Shown here piece by piece: positions 1 to 12,849 of a stretch of 64,000 nt of DNA. Positions within the stretch are counted from its first letter, which is position 1, and every line of letters begins with the position of its first letter. The notes under the pieces were generated by a model, which worked only from the letters and a program-made list of their open reading frames with translations, was not told where the DNA came from and ran no database searches. The stretch comes from Hypanus sabinus. Lineage: Eukaryota. The translations under genes and the position numbers were made by a program. The stretch lies in NCBI RefSeq assembly GCF_030144855.1, contig NC_082715.1:39680001-39744000 (forward strand), written 5' to 3'.

Positions 1-320
1 CACTGCCTAAAGAAAGCAGCCAATATAATCAGGGCCCTTTTCCATGCCAGTCATTTTCGATTCTCAGCCCTTCCATCGGGCAGAACTTACAAAACCTTGA
101 AAGTGTGTACCCACCTGACTCAAGGATAGCCTTTACTCTACTGTTATCTGACTGAATCTCTCATATGCTGAAGATCAATTCTTGATCTCTCAATCTGTTT
201 TGTCATAGTCCTTGCAATTAAGTTGTCTACTGCACTTTCTCACCAGCTAGCACAATGGGTCTGGATGGTAAGAAAACAGCTTTTCACTGTACCTCAGAAC
301 ATTTGACAATATGATGCCAG
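1..320 (+). mobile_element. Rex1/Babar LINE 3' fragment (end of ORF plus 3' UTR)
   Basis: Degenerate translation HCLKKAANII...PLPSGR.YK.LK matches the Rex1 C-terminus seen elsewhere in the window (e.g. 31300-31518, LPPSGRRYRSLR); tail ...ttttcactgtacc...tgacaat. Confidence 0.7.
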
Positions 321-779
321 TATCATAAACTTAATACTTCCGAGCTGCTGCCTGCACAAGATGGAGGAAGCTATGGTTGCAATGCAAGTAATGTTGTGGA
401 ATGAAGCTTCCCTTACACAACATGTAGCATTTAGGTAAGTGAATCAATTTGCAAGGGAAGCACAAAGGCCAAAGGATAACTACAGACCAAACAGACTGGT
501 TGAATAGAGCTATGAAATATTTGTAGCACTATTAATAGATTTCATCAGCAATGTGGTTCTGTCATTCCTGTTGAGGGAGTGAAGACTTTTTTATCATCTG
601 CATCTCTTGATGAGCATCTTTTGTAAATACGTGTGGCACAGATCTTAAGATTACAGTTTGTGAATAATTAATTTTTACACAGCAACTTCAGTTTCATCTG
701 TGTATCTGAACGACAATACAGATAGTAATTTATTTCTAATTAGGATCTTAATTGGGGAGCCACTTCATAGACTTGTATC

Positions 780-1500
780 TGCAACAGCTTTACAGGCAAG
801 CACTATGGTCTGTTCATCACCATTCCTTTGCACCTTGCCATTAACTGAACATATCCTGCCTCTATTTGACTTATAATGTGTTACCTTTCACTTGTTGGGA
901 TGAAATTCAATTTGCCGACACCCCATCCAAATTTCCATCTGATCTGTAGCCTTAACGTGTGTTCCACACCAACAACTTTTGTGCCATCCACAGATTTACT
1001 AAACGTGTCTCCAACATTGATGTCCCAGTCATCAATATGTATCAGAAACAATGAGGCTCCAGGCATCGATCCCTCAGGTACCCTATTGTTCACAGACTTC
1101 TAATCAGAAAGACACCTCCCCACCACCTACCTTTACCTTCAATCACTAACCCAAGTATAAATCAAATTTGTCAGCTTGCCTTGGATCCCATATACTGTAA
1201 TGTTCTGCATCAGCCTACCATGGAGGGTCTTGTCAACTGCCTCATTACAATCCACATAGACATCATCCACCATCCTGTCTTCATCAGTCTTCTGTGTTAT
1301 AAAAAAAAACATAAATTAAGGAAGTATGATTTGCTGTATGTAAAGCCATGCAGGCCTTCCCTGATCAGCTCTGCCTTTCCAAATATTCATAAATCCTATC
1401 CCTTTGGATTTTCTCAAATAATCTCCCTCCCATTGACTAAAACTCACTGGCCTGGAGCTTATTCCTGCTGCCCTTCTTAAATAAAGGAATGACACTAGCT
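780..1500 (-). mobile_element. CR1 LINE RT fragment, old
   Basis: ORF 881..1093 VPEGSMPGASLFLIHIDDWD...SKSVDGTK is a decayed VPQGSVLGP.LF.IYINDLD...SKFADDTK. Confidence 0.8.
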
Positions 1501-1719
1501 ATCTTAGTGAATATGCTTTCACTGGTTCAGAATAAGGGCCACTGTTGAGTATAATGGTTGAGTGGCCTTCTTGTGTGCTGTTGATTTTCTGTGGTGTGGT
1601 GTATCTGTGGCACAGAGTTCAGACTTGCTATTGCACTCCTTGGAAAAGAGGAACCAAGATTAGAATGTAAACTGAGTTTATTGCCTATTCCGGGGCTGAA
1701 ACTGCATCCTTGTATGTTA

Positions 1720-2014
1720 GGATGCCGCGGTAGAGTAGCGGTTAGCATGCTTCTGTTGCTGCTGGGGGAGTCGGAGTTGCGGTTCCATTTCATCATCCTC
1801 TGTAAGAAAGTTTGTCCATTCTCCCCACGTGCACTTAGGTTTCTGCTAGGTGCTCCAGTTTCCTCACGCAATACAAAGGTGTACCGGTTTGTGGGTTATT
1901 TGGTCATTCGAAATTGTCCTGTGAATAGGCTAGGGTTAAGTCGGTGGGTTGCTTTGCAGTGCGACTTGTTGAGCCAAAAAGGGCTGTTCATGCTGTATCT
2001 GTAAATAAATAAAT
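1720..2014 (+). mobile_element. tRNA-derived V-domain SINE (HE1-like)
   Basis: A-box-like head ggtagagtagcggttagc; V-core ggtttctgctaggtgctccagtttcctc; tail gctgtatctgtaaataaataaat. Confidence 0.75.
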
Positions 2015-3289
2015 CAAGTATGAGGGTGAGTTTGACTTCTGACAATTACCTAACACGTATTGGCTCAACCCCCTGTTAAATGCTTGAAAATGACTTTCTG
2101 TTGACTACAATAGAAATGAGAATCAAGCAGGACATATATCCTGTTATCAAAAGTCAAGAAGATCCCACATGTTTTGTTTTAGTTCATTTCTCAAATATAT
2201 TATCTCTGCTTTAATATCTTGGAAGCAATGCAAATGATGAGAACTTTGCATCTTATGTAAAATCTGTGTACACGGACTAGCAAAGTCTTCACAGTGTGTT
2301 AACACTCACACCATAATTTATGGAGTTGCACAGTTTTCTCCAGCAGATCTCAAATGTGTAACAGCAACAGAAATGAAAGCTGCCTGAATTTGGTCTCGAA
2401 GCTAAGTGGCAAATTTGTGGTCAGAACAACCAGATGGCCAGGGGCCAGAATTATTCCTGAGTGGTGTCTTTGTAAACTGAATTACAATCTTTCTACTGTA
2501 AACAGCCTTCAGAACTGAAGCTCCAATTAGGCCCATTACGTTACAACTCCGTAAGATAGAAATACACTCTGACATCAGCCTGCAAGGTATTTCCATTGTT
2601 GCAGCAAGAAAATAAAGACTCTACATTCAATGGCATTATCTTGTTACTGTGATAATTCAATGTAGACAACATGAAATCCCTGATCCATTTTTAAGTAGCA
2701 ATCCAAAACTCTGATTTCAAATTATTAAGGTTTTCTAAATTTGAACAGAGTACAGGAGTAAAATAAAGTTACTGCTTTGTAAAAGAAATCATCTGGGATG
2801 ATTAGCGTACAGAATATGAGGAAAAGCATACCTGTCCTCTCAAAAAAAAACACAGCCAGTTCCACCAAGATAGCAGTGACTCAGTCATATGTTGGCAGTT
2901 CGATATCTGAGTTAACAGGGCAATTCCTGCTGTAGCAATGAAGGAATATTGGAAATTTAATGGAAGTTTCCAATATTATTAACAACTTTGTAGAATTGAA
3001 AAAGAAAATTAATTTCCTCTAGCCCTTAGTTGTGTATGGTCATCAGCTTAAAATCATCATGGTGTGCAATAGGAAAGATAAGAATTTGAAATGTGTATGT
3101 TTGTATGGGCAGTGTATTGCTCAAAAGCTTTAAGTTGTATCTTCTTAGTTAATCCCTGGAGAGTGATGATGACTTATTTCCATTCTGGTTGTGTAGGTCC
3201 CGAGGTGTCTAATCAGACCAATGTAAGACAACAGATTCTTCCAGAGATTGGTCAGGAGTTTGAATATATAGGCAGTTTGTGAAATACTT

Positions 3290-3520
3290 ACTCTTCTGCT
3301 AATGCTGGTCTTCTGTGTGGTCCTGATGCATGGCCCCCAATGCCATCCTAAATGTTCCATCTCCACTTTGAGAGGTGATGGGCCTGGGATTCCCTGGAGT
3401 CAATGGGAATGCTGATCCTTTTTTTTCCAGAGCATTTGAGTACACCTCTGAATCCATACTCTGTCCAACTGATTATCTCTTCCTGTGATGCTGACCAGTC
3501 TTATGAAGTGGCCTATTGAG
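3290..3520 (-). mobile_element. RTE LINE 3' fragment, old
   Basis: Reverse strand resembles the RTE C-terminal region also seen at 53000-53320. Confidence 0.45.
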
Positions 3521-3711
3521 GTTTCAGATCAAGGCTTCCAGGGTCGAGGAACAAGAGAATGCTCTCAACTGAAGACTTGTTCATTCTTATGAATACATTT
3601 CTGAGTGGAAATAATTTCTTAGCATCTATATATATCATATATTACGTGGTCTCTCAGTTACCCAAACACAAGCAATTACAATCCACTATGTTGGCTGCTC
3701 TCTCAATGTAT

Positions 3712-4518
3712 TGTTATGAATGTGCCAAAACTCTGAGGGTACAAAGTAGCCCCCTCCTTTGTGAGAATCGCAAGATCGCTATTAATTCAGGTCTGGGACC
3801 CAGGAAATGAGAGAGAGACATGCAGAATCCTCAAGGGTTTGGAGTGTGTCCTGGCCCCAGCAAGACGGAACCATTGATAATGGCTATTGTCTCTTGGAGA
3901 CAGAATTGTGTATTGAATACTGTACTATTCATTGATGCCCTCGGGGGATGACCAGAGTGGGCTGGTTGAGGGATTGCATCATCCCAACCTGATTGACATC
4001 TGAGACCCCGTGAGTAAGGATAAAAGAGGGTCTGGGGAACAACCCCTTTAGACACACCAGGAGAAACGTATGAGACCGGTGGGGACTTGTGTGTGTGTGT
4101 GTGTCCATCCTTGCCTGGATGACAAGTCCTCCATGGAACGGCCTCGCTAAAGGACGAATACGGATCAAGATTGGATAAAGGAAAGCCGGCAAGTTTCTTT
4201 TCTCAAAAATCTCTCTCTCCCCAACATTTGCAAAACCCAGCGGTCCCCAAAGGCTGAAGCCTGTGTGAACTGAAATGAACTTTATATTTCCATCGGACAA
4301 TACATTATCCCCTAGACCACGATAGAACTATTTCTTATTGATTATTATTATACCCGCACTTCTAGATTTAGTATTGATGACATATATTATATGTATGTTT
4401 GCATTGATATTATTTTTGTGTATTTTTACTAATAAATACTGTTAAAAATAGTACCATCAGACTTCAACGGACCTCTCTATCTTTGCTGGTAAGTGACCCC
4501 GTTATGGGGTTCGTAACA
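3712..4518 (+). mobile_element. Solo LTR (Gypsy or ERV type)
   Basis: Ends TGTTATGAA...TTCGTAACA (8/9 inverted match); exact 4-bp TSD GTAT at 3708-3711 and 4519-4522; TATA-like ggataaaa near 4018 and AATAAA near 4431. Confidence 0.85.
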
Positions 4519-5862
4519 GTATATACTGTAATTAATTCCTGGGGCATTTTTGTGCTGACTTACAGAAGTTTGCTCCTTGAAACTAAATGCAATACTTCAT
4601 TCGGTCCCAACTTTGCATTGGTCAACTGAGACAGATCTCCATTCCAGCTTCCAGCTGCTCGGTTTCCTGACCCTTAGAGATGAAAGGCAGTGTTGTGTTG
4701 CCTGTGAATTATTGTACACATCTGTGAACAAGCTTTTAATGGTTTGTGTTCAAGGAAACACAAAACCCATTGGTCTTTTGACTCTGCTTATATTTCACCT
4801 ATAAAATTCACATCTTTCTTCTTTTGAATCAAAGTTGATTACGTCCAAATTAAAACATATTTGATCATGGTTTAATCATGTAATTATAGCCATTTGGAAA
4901 CACAGAGGAATATGCCATACTTTAATCCTTTATGCAAGAAATAGGTTAGACTGAGGTGCCACTGGAGGTGACTGGGGAGTATCACACACATCATTAGACA
5001 TACCATTAAAGAGAATGTAGTCCCTCAATCCCACATCTCTCTCCTGCAATTAACAGCTCCAATTCTTCATCGTCTCACATAGTCTCTTGTGCTATAAACA
5101 CTGCACAATTGTGACTTTTAAATAATATTCTTACAGAAATATTACTAAAATTAATGAATTTATTTTTATAATAACCTTTAGATGGCAATGAAGCAAAGTT
5201 CACAATCCAGAAGGACAGCCGTCAGACCTGTTAGACCTCCTCCACTTCCATACACCTCTTCAGACAATCCTTCAGGGTTGAAGATAACTTGCTTCCACTC
5301 CAGTTCCATGAACAACATAGAGCACATGGATTTTGCCACTGGTGTTCAGTAAGCGTCAGGCTGTTCAGGGAGGTGGGAGGTTTGTCCGGTGGTGCATTCC
5401 TTCCACTTTCTGCTTTCTGCTCCAGCTGCATAGACCCACGAGCTCTGTCAACGATGGGAGATGGAAAGTCATGGAAATAAGATATCCTCAGAGGCAACTT
5501 GGTGGAAAGCCATGTATTTAAAGCAAATAGAATGGAAATAGAGGAACATGGAAATTTGAGTGGAGTCCTTAGATGAGGCAGTGTGAGAGGAAATATGGCA
5601 GAGCTAGTCTGTAGGCTTGTAAAGGATGTTCTCCTGAGCAAAAGTCACTGCCACTTATTTAGAATAACAAATATTTACAACAGTTCATGAGTAACAGTGG
5701 GCACATAAGTGACTAGGTCTTCTTAAAAAATTCATCTTTGTTATTTACATCCTCTAAGGAAGGAGATTATCGACTCTGACTGGAGTTCAGTGTAATTTTT
5801 GGAAATGTGAAAGAAAGCAGGAATACTGCTGGAAAACCTCAGCTGATCAGGTAGAATCCACA

Positions 5863-6188
5863 GGCAGTACAGTAGAGTAGTGGTTTGTGTATCACTTCGC
5901 AGTGCCAGCATCTGAAAGATCGGTGTTCTATTCCTGCTGCTGCCTGTAATGAGTTGGTATGTTCTCCCCATGACTGTGTGGGTTTCCTCACAATGTTCTG
6001 GTTCACTGCTCCCCCCATATTCCTAAAGATGTCCAAGTTTGGGTTAAAAAGTTATGGGCATGCTATGTTGGTGCCAGAAGCATGGCAGCATTTGCAGGCT
6101 GCCCTGAGCACATCTTCAGGCTGTGTTGGTCATTGACACAACACATTTCACTGTTTAGGTTTACATGTGACAAATAAAGCGAATCTTT
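5863..6188 (+). mobile_element. tRNA-derived V-domain SINE with Rex1-like 3' tail
   Basis: Head ggcagtacagtagagtagtggtt; B-box-like gttctattcc; V-core gtgggtttcctc; tail catttcactg...acatgtgacaaataaagc. Confidence 0.7.
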
Positions 6189-6219
6189 AACAGAGATTAG
6201 CTTTATCAGAGTTGACAGG

Positions 6220-6590
6220 GGGCAGTCTGATAAAAGGTCATTGATCTGAAATATTAACTCTGTTTCTGTCTCCACAAATGTTTCCTGAACTGTTCTCAAT
6301 ATTTATTGCTTCTTTATTACTACTACTACTACTATTATTATTATTATTATTACTTGTATTTGCACAGTTTATGGTCTTTTTTTACACTTGTTATCCACCC
6401 TGTAGGTGTGGTCTTTCATTGATTATTGGATTTATTGAAAATGCCCACAAGAAAATCAATCTCAGGGTTGTATATGGTGACATATATGTACTTTGATGAT
6501 AAATTTACTTTGAACTTTAAACTTTTGTGGAATGTTTCCAAAGACTCACTGTTTTTATTGTGGGTGATTCTTATCTGTCCTTAGATTTCA
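6220..6590 (+). mobile_element. Penelope terminal remnant interrupted by a Rex1 3' tail (about 6290-6520)
   Basis: ctgataaaaggtcattgatctgaaatattaactctgtttctgtctccacaaatg is a Penelope end with a decayed hammerhead motif; insert ends tcagggttgtatatggtgacatatatgtactttgat...tttactttgaacttt, like the Rex1 tail at 51650-51720. Confidence 0.6.
6314..6352 (+). repeat. (TAC)n(TAT)n microsatellite
   Basis: Directly visible; it produces the poly-Leu in ORF 6278..6496. Confidence 0.9.
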
Positions 6591-7029
6591 AATCTAACAT
6601 GTCAGGAGCATCCAAGATTGGGCAATAAATGACTGCACTGCATCAAATCCAAAAGACCAATTGGCTAAGCACAGAATTTTTATAAACTGTTGAGGCCTCA
6701 ATCAGATACCCAGAGAAGAGAACTTTAAAAACAAGATTCATAATTTTAGTTGAAAACACATGAAGTCTTATTTCCTACTTTATTTATCTGTTATAAGCTC
6801 ATCTACACTGCTGTTTTTATTAATTAGAAGTGACTGTCACCTGAATAAATGTCATATTCAGACAGACATCTCCAATATTAATACTGAGAACTGACACAGT
6901 TATATAGCACTCAGTCAAAATGATTGATGCTTTGCTGAGTGATTGATTGAATCATGTATTCCTCTCAATAATTTCCAAAGCAGCAGGAATTCAATGACTT
7001 TTTGACAGGACATAACAGAAACTGAATAT

Positions 7030-8160
7030 TTGGAATCAAAGTGGGATCTCACAGATGGACTGGACTGGGGCAACATGACCAATTCCCTTTCTCAAAGGCT
7101 GATAATGGGCAGGCCTCTGATGACACTACCTGAGATTTCTGTATGTGCTCTAGTTTGGTCACATATCCCAAAGGCATGCCAAAAGGTCAATTTGAAGCTG
7201 TGTATTTGCTTTAGTTGTAGATGGGTTACAGGAGAATTTAAGGGTCATCAGCGGGTATGAGTACAGGGTTATGGAGAAATAAGAGAAGGTGTGTCATATT
7301 AGATTTTGTAAAAACATTGGCTGAATGTCTGAAAGGTCAAAATAACAATTTAGCTCTTTCTGATCTTGTAGCATTTGGGGTCTGTTGGTAGATAATGTTT
7401 GTGAAGTGTCCAAAAAAGGTAAAGACTGTAGATCTCTTCATGTCTGCACAACATTTGTTGATAGAAGCTAGATCTTTTCTTAGTCTCAGACATCATTAAA
7501 ATGTGAATGTGGATCCAATGATTTGATAGTTGGCTAGATGGATTTTTTTGGTTTCAAGCTTATTGCTAATATGTAAGCATTAATGTCCTTTTTAAGTCTA
7601 AGGGATGCAAAGAGTAACTATTACAATATTTAATTGCTTTGTGAGGACTCAGGAAGTGTTTGTAAAAAAACAGGCTGTGTGGAGACGAGATCAAAGAGTT
7701 GGTCTGTTTCTGGGTGTCTCTGTGCTTGTGGAACCCATATTTATGGGGAGTGCCTTTCCTGGCTTCGTTGGACTTCACCCAAGGGTGGAGATGGTGATTG
7801 ATGACAAGGAGCCAGGGGAATTTCGTGAATGAATCTGAATTCGGAGCTCCCATGACAACAGCAACGATCAAGCGGTGACTAAGAATCGTGAGTCCTGAAC
7901 CTTTGTGCCTTGTGGAAATATGATACTTGCTTTGTAGTATTTCGTGTGTTTTATTTGTGTTTTCTATTTTATGATGATAAATTAGGCTTACATTACCTTG
8001 TTGTGCTTGTACACTTATTACCACCTGTCCTGGACACTCAAATAGTCTTGAGTCCGATTAATCCAGCTCATTACAGAATGGGGAAACAGGACTGATGGAA
8101 TTGCTCTGCTGGGAGCTAACGTGGACCTGATGGGTGAGTATCTTCTTTCAGTGTCAAAAG
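7030..8160 (+). mobile_element. Old SINE remnant split by an LTR-like insert of about 790 bp (7290-8075)
   Basis: SINE body 7030-7289 resumes at 8076 with a tail-like gattgctctg...gatggg stretch; insert is TG...CA bounded with GAAGG/GAATG flanks. Confidence 0.35.
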
Positions 8161-8759
8161 AAGTCAGTAAGTGCAAGTGAATAATTATTCGGTGGACACA
8201 ACTGGAGTACACTTGCTGTAGGTAAACATACAGCAGCTTGTCAGTATCTACAGATTTCATCGTGTTCCTATATGCAATGCAATAATGCAGAATCTGAGAG
8301 TTTTCTACATGACAAAGTACACTCATCAGTGATCAGCAATGCTATTGTAGCTTCGCTTTTCGGTGAAGTATTTTTATACGTGATTAATATTGCTGAAGAT
8401 TTTAGAGCACAGTCTAGTTTCAAGCAAACCATTTGCATTCTCTCCATACAAATCATCATCCAGAATATTAATTCATCCCCACTGCTTGCTGTGCCTGAAT
8501 AAACTATTATTTAGGTTTCAAAGAAATGCTTCAGAAGAGGCAATGACTTTAATTTCTCTGTGCAAGCTTTTTATGTAATTGTGTTGCAATATTATTCAAA
8601 TGGAGTTTCACAGCACACAAGCCCCTGAAATTTGGACACTTGGATTTCTGTTATCTCTGATGAGTTTTCAGCAATATCCACTTTCATGGGGTGTCAATAA
8701 ATTACTTGCATCATTGATACTTTGTTGTTGGAGGGTCATTGTGTGAGTGGACAATGTTA

Positions 8760-11700
8760 AAGTGGAGAACTTAAGTTTGAGAGGTTATAGGCATAACAAG
8801 TGTAGGCAGGATGGTAGTTCAGGCAGTAGAATGCTCCTTCTGTGAGAAGTATGATTTCAAGGTACCTAATGGGTCTGCCTGATTATTACATCGGCAGGAA
8901 GTGCACCCGACATCAGCTCCTGACTGACAAGGTCGAGGAGCTGGAGCTGGATGTACTCAGGGTGTATTCATAGACAAGTCTTCTACTGAGAAGGTCATAC
9001 CAAGAGTGCCAGGTTCAGATTGTAGATGGGTGACCAGCAGGAGCAGGAGATCCCCCGTGTCCATTCTCCTCAGTAGCAAGTGTTCTCCTATGGACACTGC
9101 CGGAGGGGTACTTTCAGAGCACAGTAGCAGCAGCCAGGCCAGTGGCACTGAGGGAAGAGTAAAGCCAAGAGGAGCAACTATGATAGGAGACTTCATAGTT
9201 AGGGGGACAGACAGCAGATTCTGTGGCCAGGATGGTGTGTTGCTCCTCAGCTCCGAGGATCCAGGATGTCTCAGAGCGGCAGCAGAAGATTCTCAAGGCA
9301 GAGGGTGAGCAGCCAGAGGTCGTGGTGCACATTGGCACCAATGGCATAGTTAGAAAGGGGGAAGAGGTCCTGTGCAATGAGTTTAGGGAGGTAGGGAAGA
9401 GGCTTGAAGAACAGGATGTCCAAGGTAGTAATCTCCGGAATACTCCCAGCGCCACGTTAGTCAAGGCAGGAATAGGGTGATGGTACAGATGAATGAATGG
9501 CTTAGGAAGTGGTGCAGAGGGCAAGGTTTCAAATTTCTGGATCATTGAGATACTTTCTGGGGAAGGTATGACCTGTACTAGGCAGACGGTTTACACTTGA
9601 ACCTGAGGAGGACCAATATCCTTGTGGGTTTGTTTGCTGGAGCTCTTGGGGATGGTTTAAACTAAACTGGCAAGGGAATGGGAATTGGAATGATCGGGCT
9701 GAGGATGGGACTGTTGATGTACAAGTCGATGCAGTGCGTAGTGAGACTGTGAAGAGAGACAAGCAGATAGTAGGACAAAATTAGATTCAGTGGGATGAGT
9801 TGAAGTATAACATCTGAGCAAAATTGAAAAGGGCGATGAATACTGGGCAAAAGGTCTTCCATTTGAATGAATGCAGTATACGGAATAAGGTAAATGATAT
9901 TGTAGCAGAGTTAGAGATTGGCAGGCGTGATGTTGAAGGCATCACTGAGTCATGGCTGGAAGAAGATCACCGATGGGACCTTAAATCCCAGAATACACCT
10001 TATATTGAAAGAACAGGCAGGGAGGCAGATGAGGTGGGGTGGTTCTGTTGGGAAAAATGGGTAGGTACAGGATCTCAAGAGGGAACTTATAGAGGGGCAA
10101 TGATATAGCTTTTTCTAGCAGTTTGTGATTGAGCCCACAGTTCTGGATTGGGTGTTGAGTCATGAACCAGATTTGATTTGGGAGCTTAAGGTAAAGGAAC
10201 CTTTGGGAGACATGATCATAATATGATAGAATTTACTCTGCAGTTTGACAGGGAGAAGGTAAATTCAGGTGTTTCAGTATTACAGGGGAGTAAAGAGAGT
10301 TATCGATAGGAGTTAGACAAAGTTGACTGAAAGCGGACATTCACGGGAATGACACAGAACAGCAATGATTGGAGGCAATTCAGAAGGCACCACCTGGAGA
10401 GCAAAATACACCCCAAAGGTGAAGAAATATTCGAAAGGGAGGATGAGGCAACCGTGGCTGACGAGGGAAGTCAAAGAGAGGATAGTAACAAAAGGGAGAG
10501 CATATAATACAGCAAAAAAATAATGTGAAGTTAGAGGATTGGGAACCTTTTAAAAACTAACAGAGGACAACTAAAAAAAACCATAGAGAGAGAAAAGATC
10601 AAAAGTGAAGGTACAGTAAGTTAGTTCAAAAATATCAGAGGATACCAAAAGCTTTTTCAAATATAAAAAGTGTAAAAGAGAGGCGAGAATTAATTGGCTG
10701 CTGGAAAATAATGCTGCAGAGGTAGGGATGGGACAAAGAAATAGCAGGTGAATTTAATGAGTAATTTGCGTCAGCCTTCACTGTTCAAGACACCAGCAGA
10801 ATGGCGGAAATCCAAGTGTCAGGGGACAGAAGTGAGTGTAGTTGCAACTAGTAAGGAGAAGGTACTTAGAAGCTGAAAGGACTGAAGTTAGGTAAGTCAC
10901 CTGGACCAGAAGGGCTATATTCAAGGGTTCTGTAACAGGTGTCTGAAGAGACTGGGGAGGCATTAGTAATGATCTTTCAAGAATCATGAGATTCTGGAAT
11001 GGTTCCAGAGGACTGGAAAATTGTAAATGTCACTCCACTCCTTAAGAAGGGAGAGGAGCAGAAGAAAAGAAATTATATATCCGTTAGTTTGGTTTCAATG
11101 GTTGGGAAGATGTTAGGGATGACATTTCAGGATGCTTGGAGCCACGTGATAAAGTAGACCAAAGTCAGTATGGTTTCCTTAAGGGGAAACCTTGACTGAC
11201 AAATCTGTTGGAATTCTTCAAAGATTCAAGATTCAAAGTATGTTTATTAGCGAAGTATGTGTGCAGTAAACAGCTCTGAAATTCATCTTTCCCGCAGACA
11301 GTCAAAAAGCCAAGGAGAATCATGGAACTAACCCTGTTCAAAGGAAGACATCAAACCTTGCCCCCACCCCCCATATCCACAAATGGTAACAAAAAAAAAC
11401 TGAGTGAGAACAGAATATAAAACATAAAATCATACAGATGATACAAAAATAGCTGGAGAGGCAGGTAGTCTGTGGAGGGACTTAGACAGATTGGATGCTG
11501 GAGTTTAGAAGAATGAGGGGGGTGGACCTCATATGAAATCTATTGAATATTAAAAGGCTTAGTGGATGTGGAGAGAATGTTTCCTATCATGGGTGAGTCT
11601 AGGACCAGAGAGCACAGCCTCAAAACAGAGATGAGAAGCAGAGAGTGGTGAACCTGTGGAATTCATTGCCACAGATGGCTGTGGAGGCCAAGTAATTCAG

Positions 11701-11790
11701 TGTATTTAAAGCAGAGGTTGATAAGTTCTTTGTTAATCGGGGCACAAATGGTTATAAAGAGGATGTAAGAGAATGGGTTTGAGAGACCCA
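8760..11790 (+). mobile_element. CR1 (HER1-like) LINE: ORF1 zinc finger and SGNH esterase, ORF2 endonuclease/RT with internal deletions, 3' end
   Basis: IGDFIVRGTD, RMVCC, PEVVVHIGTN (ORF1 esterase); GITESWL (endonuclease); KSPGP and EDWKI motifs; many stops and frameshifts. Confidence 0.9.
11219..11435 (-). mobile_element. Rex1-type 3' tail inserted in the CR1
   Basis: caagattcaagattcaaagtatgtttatt is the reverse of an AATAAA...(TTGAATC)n tail. Confidence 0.5.
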
Positions 11791-12529
11791 TTGAAGTTAC
11801 TTCACTGACACAATGAGGCTTTCAATACTCCTGTCATGACTGGATGGAAAATAATCTTTGAAGCTGGTCTTGGAAGTGAGGCATTACTATTGCAGCAAAT
11901 GGTCTTAACTTCGTGTACAGATCGTGTAGATTTGCAGAAAAAGAAAAACATGCAAGTTTGACCTGCAAACTTAAGCATTTAAATTTAAATTAAATCTGAA
12001 ATGTAATTTTGGAATGTGGTTGTTAATTGATGAAGAGGGAGACTAGAAAAGACATAAACAGGAAAGGGAAACTTATTGGGTGTGTGGTCTGAGTATATTG
12101 GATTTACATCTTTTGAGGACTCCATAAGAGATAATGCGCTCTCTTTTGCAACAAGTTTGAGGCATGAATAGCATGGCATAACATGGATGCATTAGGGAGT
12201 GTTCTTTGTAATTTATTCTAAGATGCAGGCATCAGAGAATGGCAAGATCAACACATTCCTCATTGCCCATGAGAAATCCTCATTCTGGTACAAATTAACT
12301 TTTGAGTTACAGATGTGCACAGGCACTTAAAGGGATTTTTCTTGCTCTGGAGCTGAGAAGCCTTATCTGGCATGAACAAAACTTGGCTACGTGGGACAGG
12401 ATTTATCAGCATTTGGAAAAGCATCTAAAATGTTCATGAATTTTGAGCTCCTAAGACCCTGATATTTATTGGCAATGGGCAGAACACCCTGAAAGAAGTG
12501 AGGAGTTATAAAATAACCAAAAAGTCTAA

Positions 12530-12785
12530 TCCGTTTCCTGTTCTCATTACTACCATCAATGAGGAGGTGCAGGAGCCTGAAGACCCACACTCAACATCTT
12601 AAGAACAGTTTCTTCCCCTCTGCCATCAGGTTTCCGAACGGTCCATGAACACTATCTACTCTTTTGCACTGTTGATTTATTTATTTTTAAAATTGCAACT
12701 TAAAGTGTTATGTTTACACGGTACAACTTCCACAGAACAACACACTTCACTAACATCAATGACAATAACCCTGATTCAGTCTCTA
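12530..12785 (+). mobile_element. Rex1/Babar 3' fragment
   Basis: ttctcattactaccatca...aggagcctgaagacccacac...aacagtttcttcccctctgccatcag (FSLLPS.RR.RSLKTHT...KNSFFPSAIR). Confidence 0.8.
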
Positions 12786-12849
12786 ATTCAGAAACTATCT
12801 TGTAAAAAATTTCAACCACCAGCTGTTGAGATGTGGTTTAATCCACTAA

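Noticed and set aside
1527-2004. Overlapping 114-aa and 137-aa ORFs
   Set aside because: They run through a SINE and show no protein motifs
5231-5641. 136-aa minus-strand ORF
   Set aside because: No recognisable domain or splice context; possibly an old LINE remnant that I cannot assign
7566-8024. 152-aa ORF
   Set aside because: Lies in an LTR-like insert; composition looks non-coding
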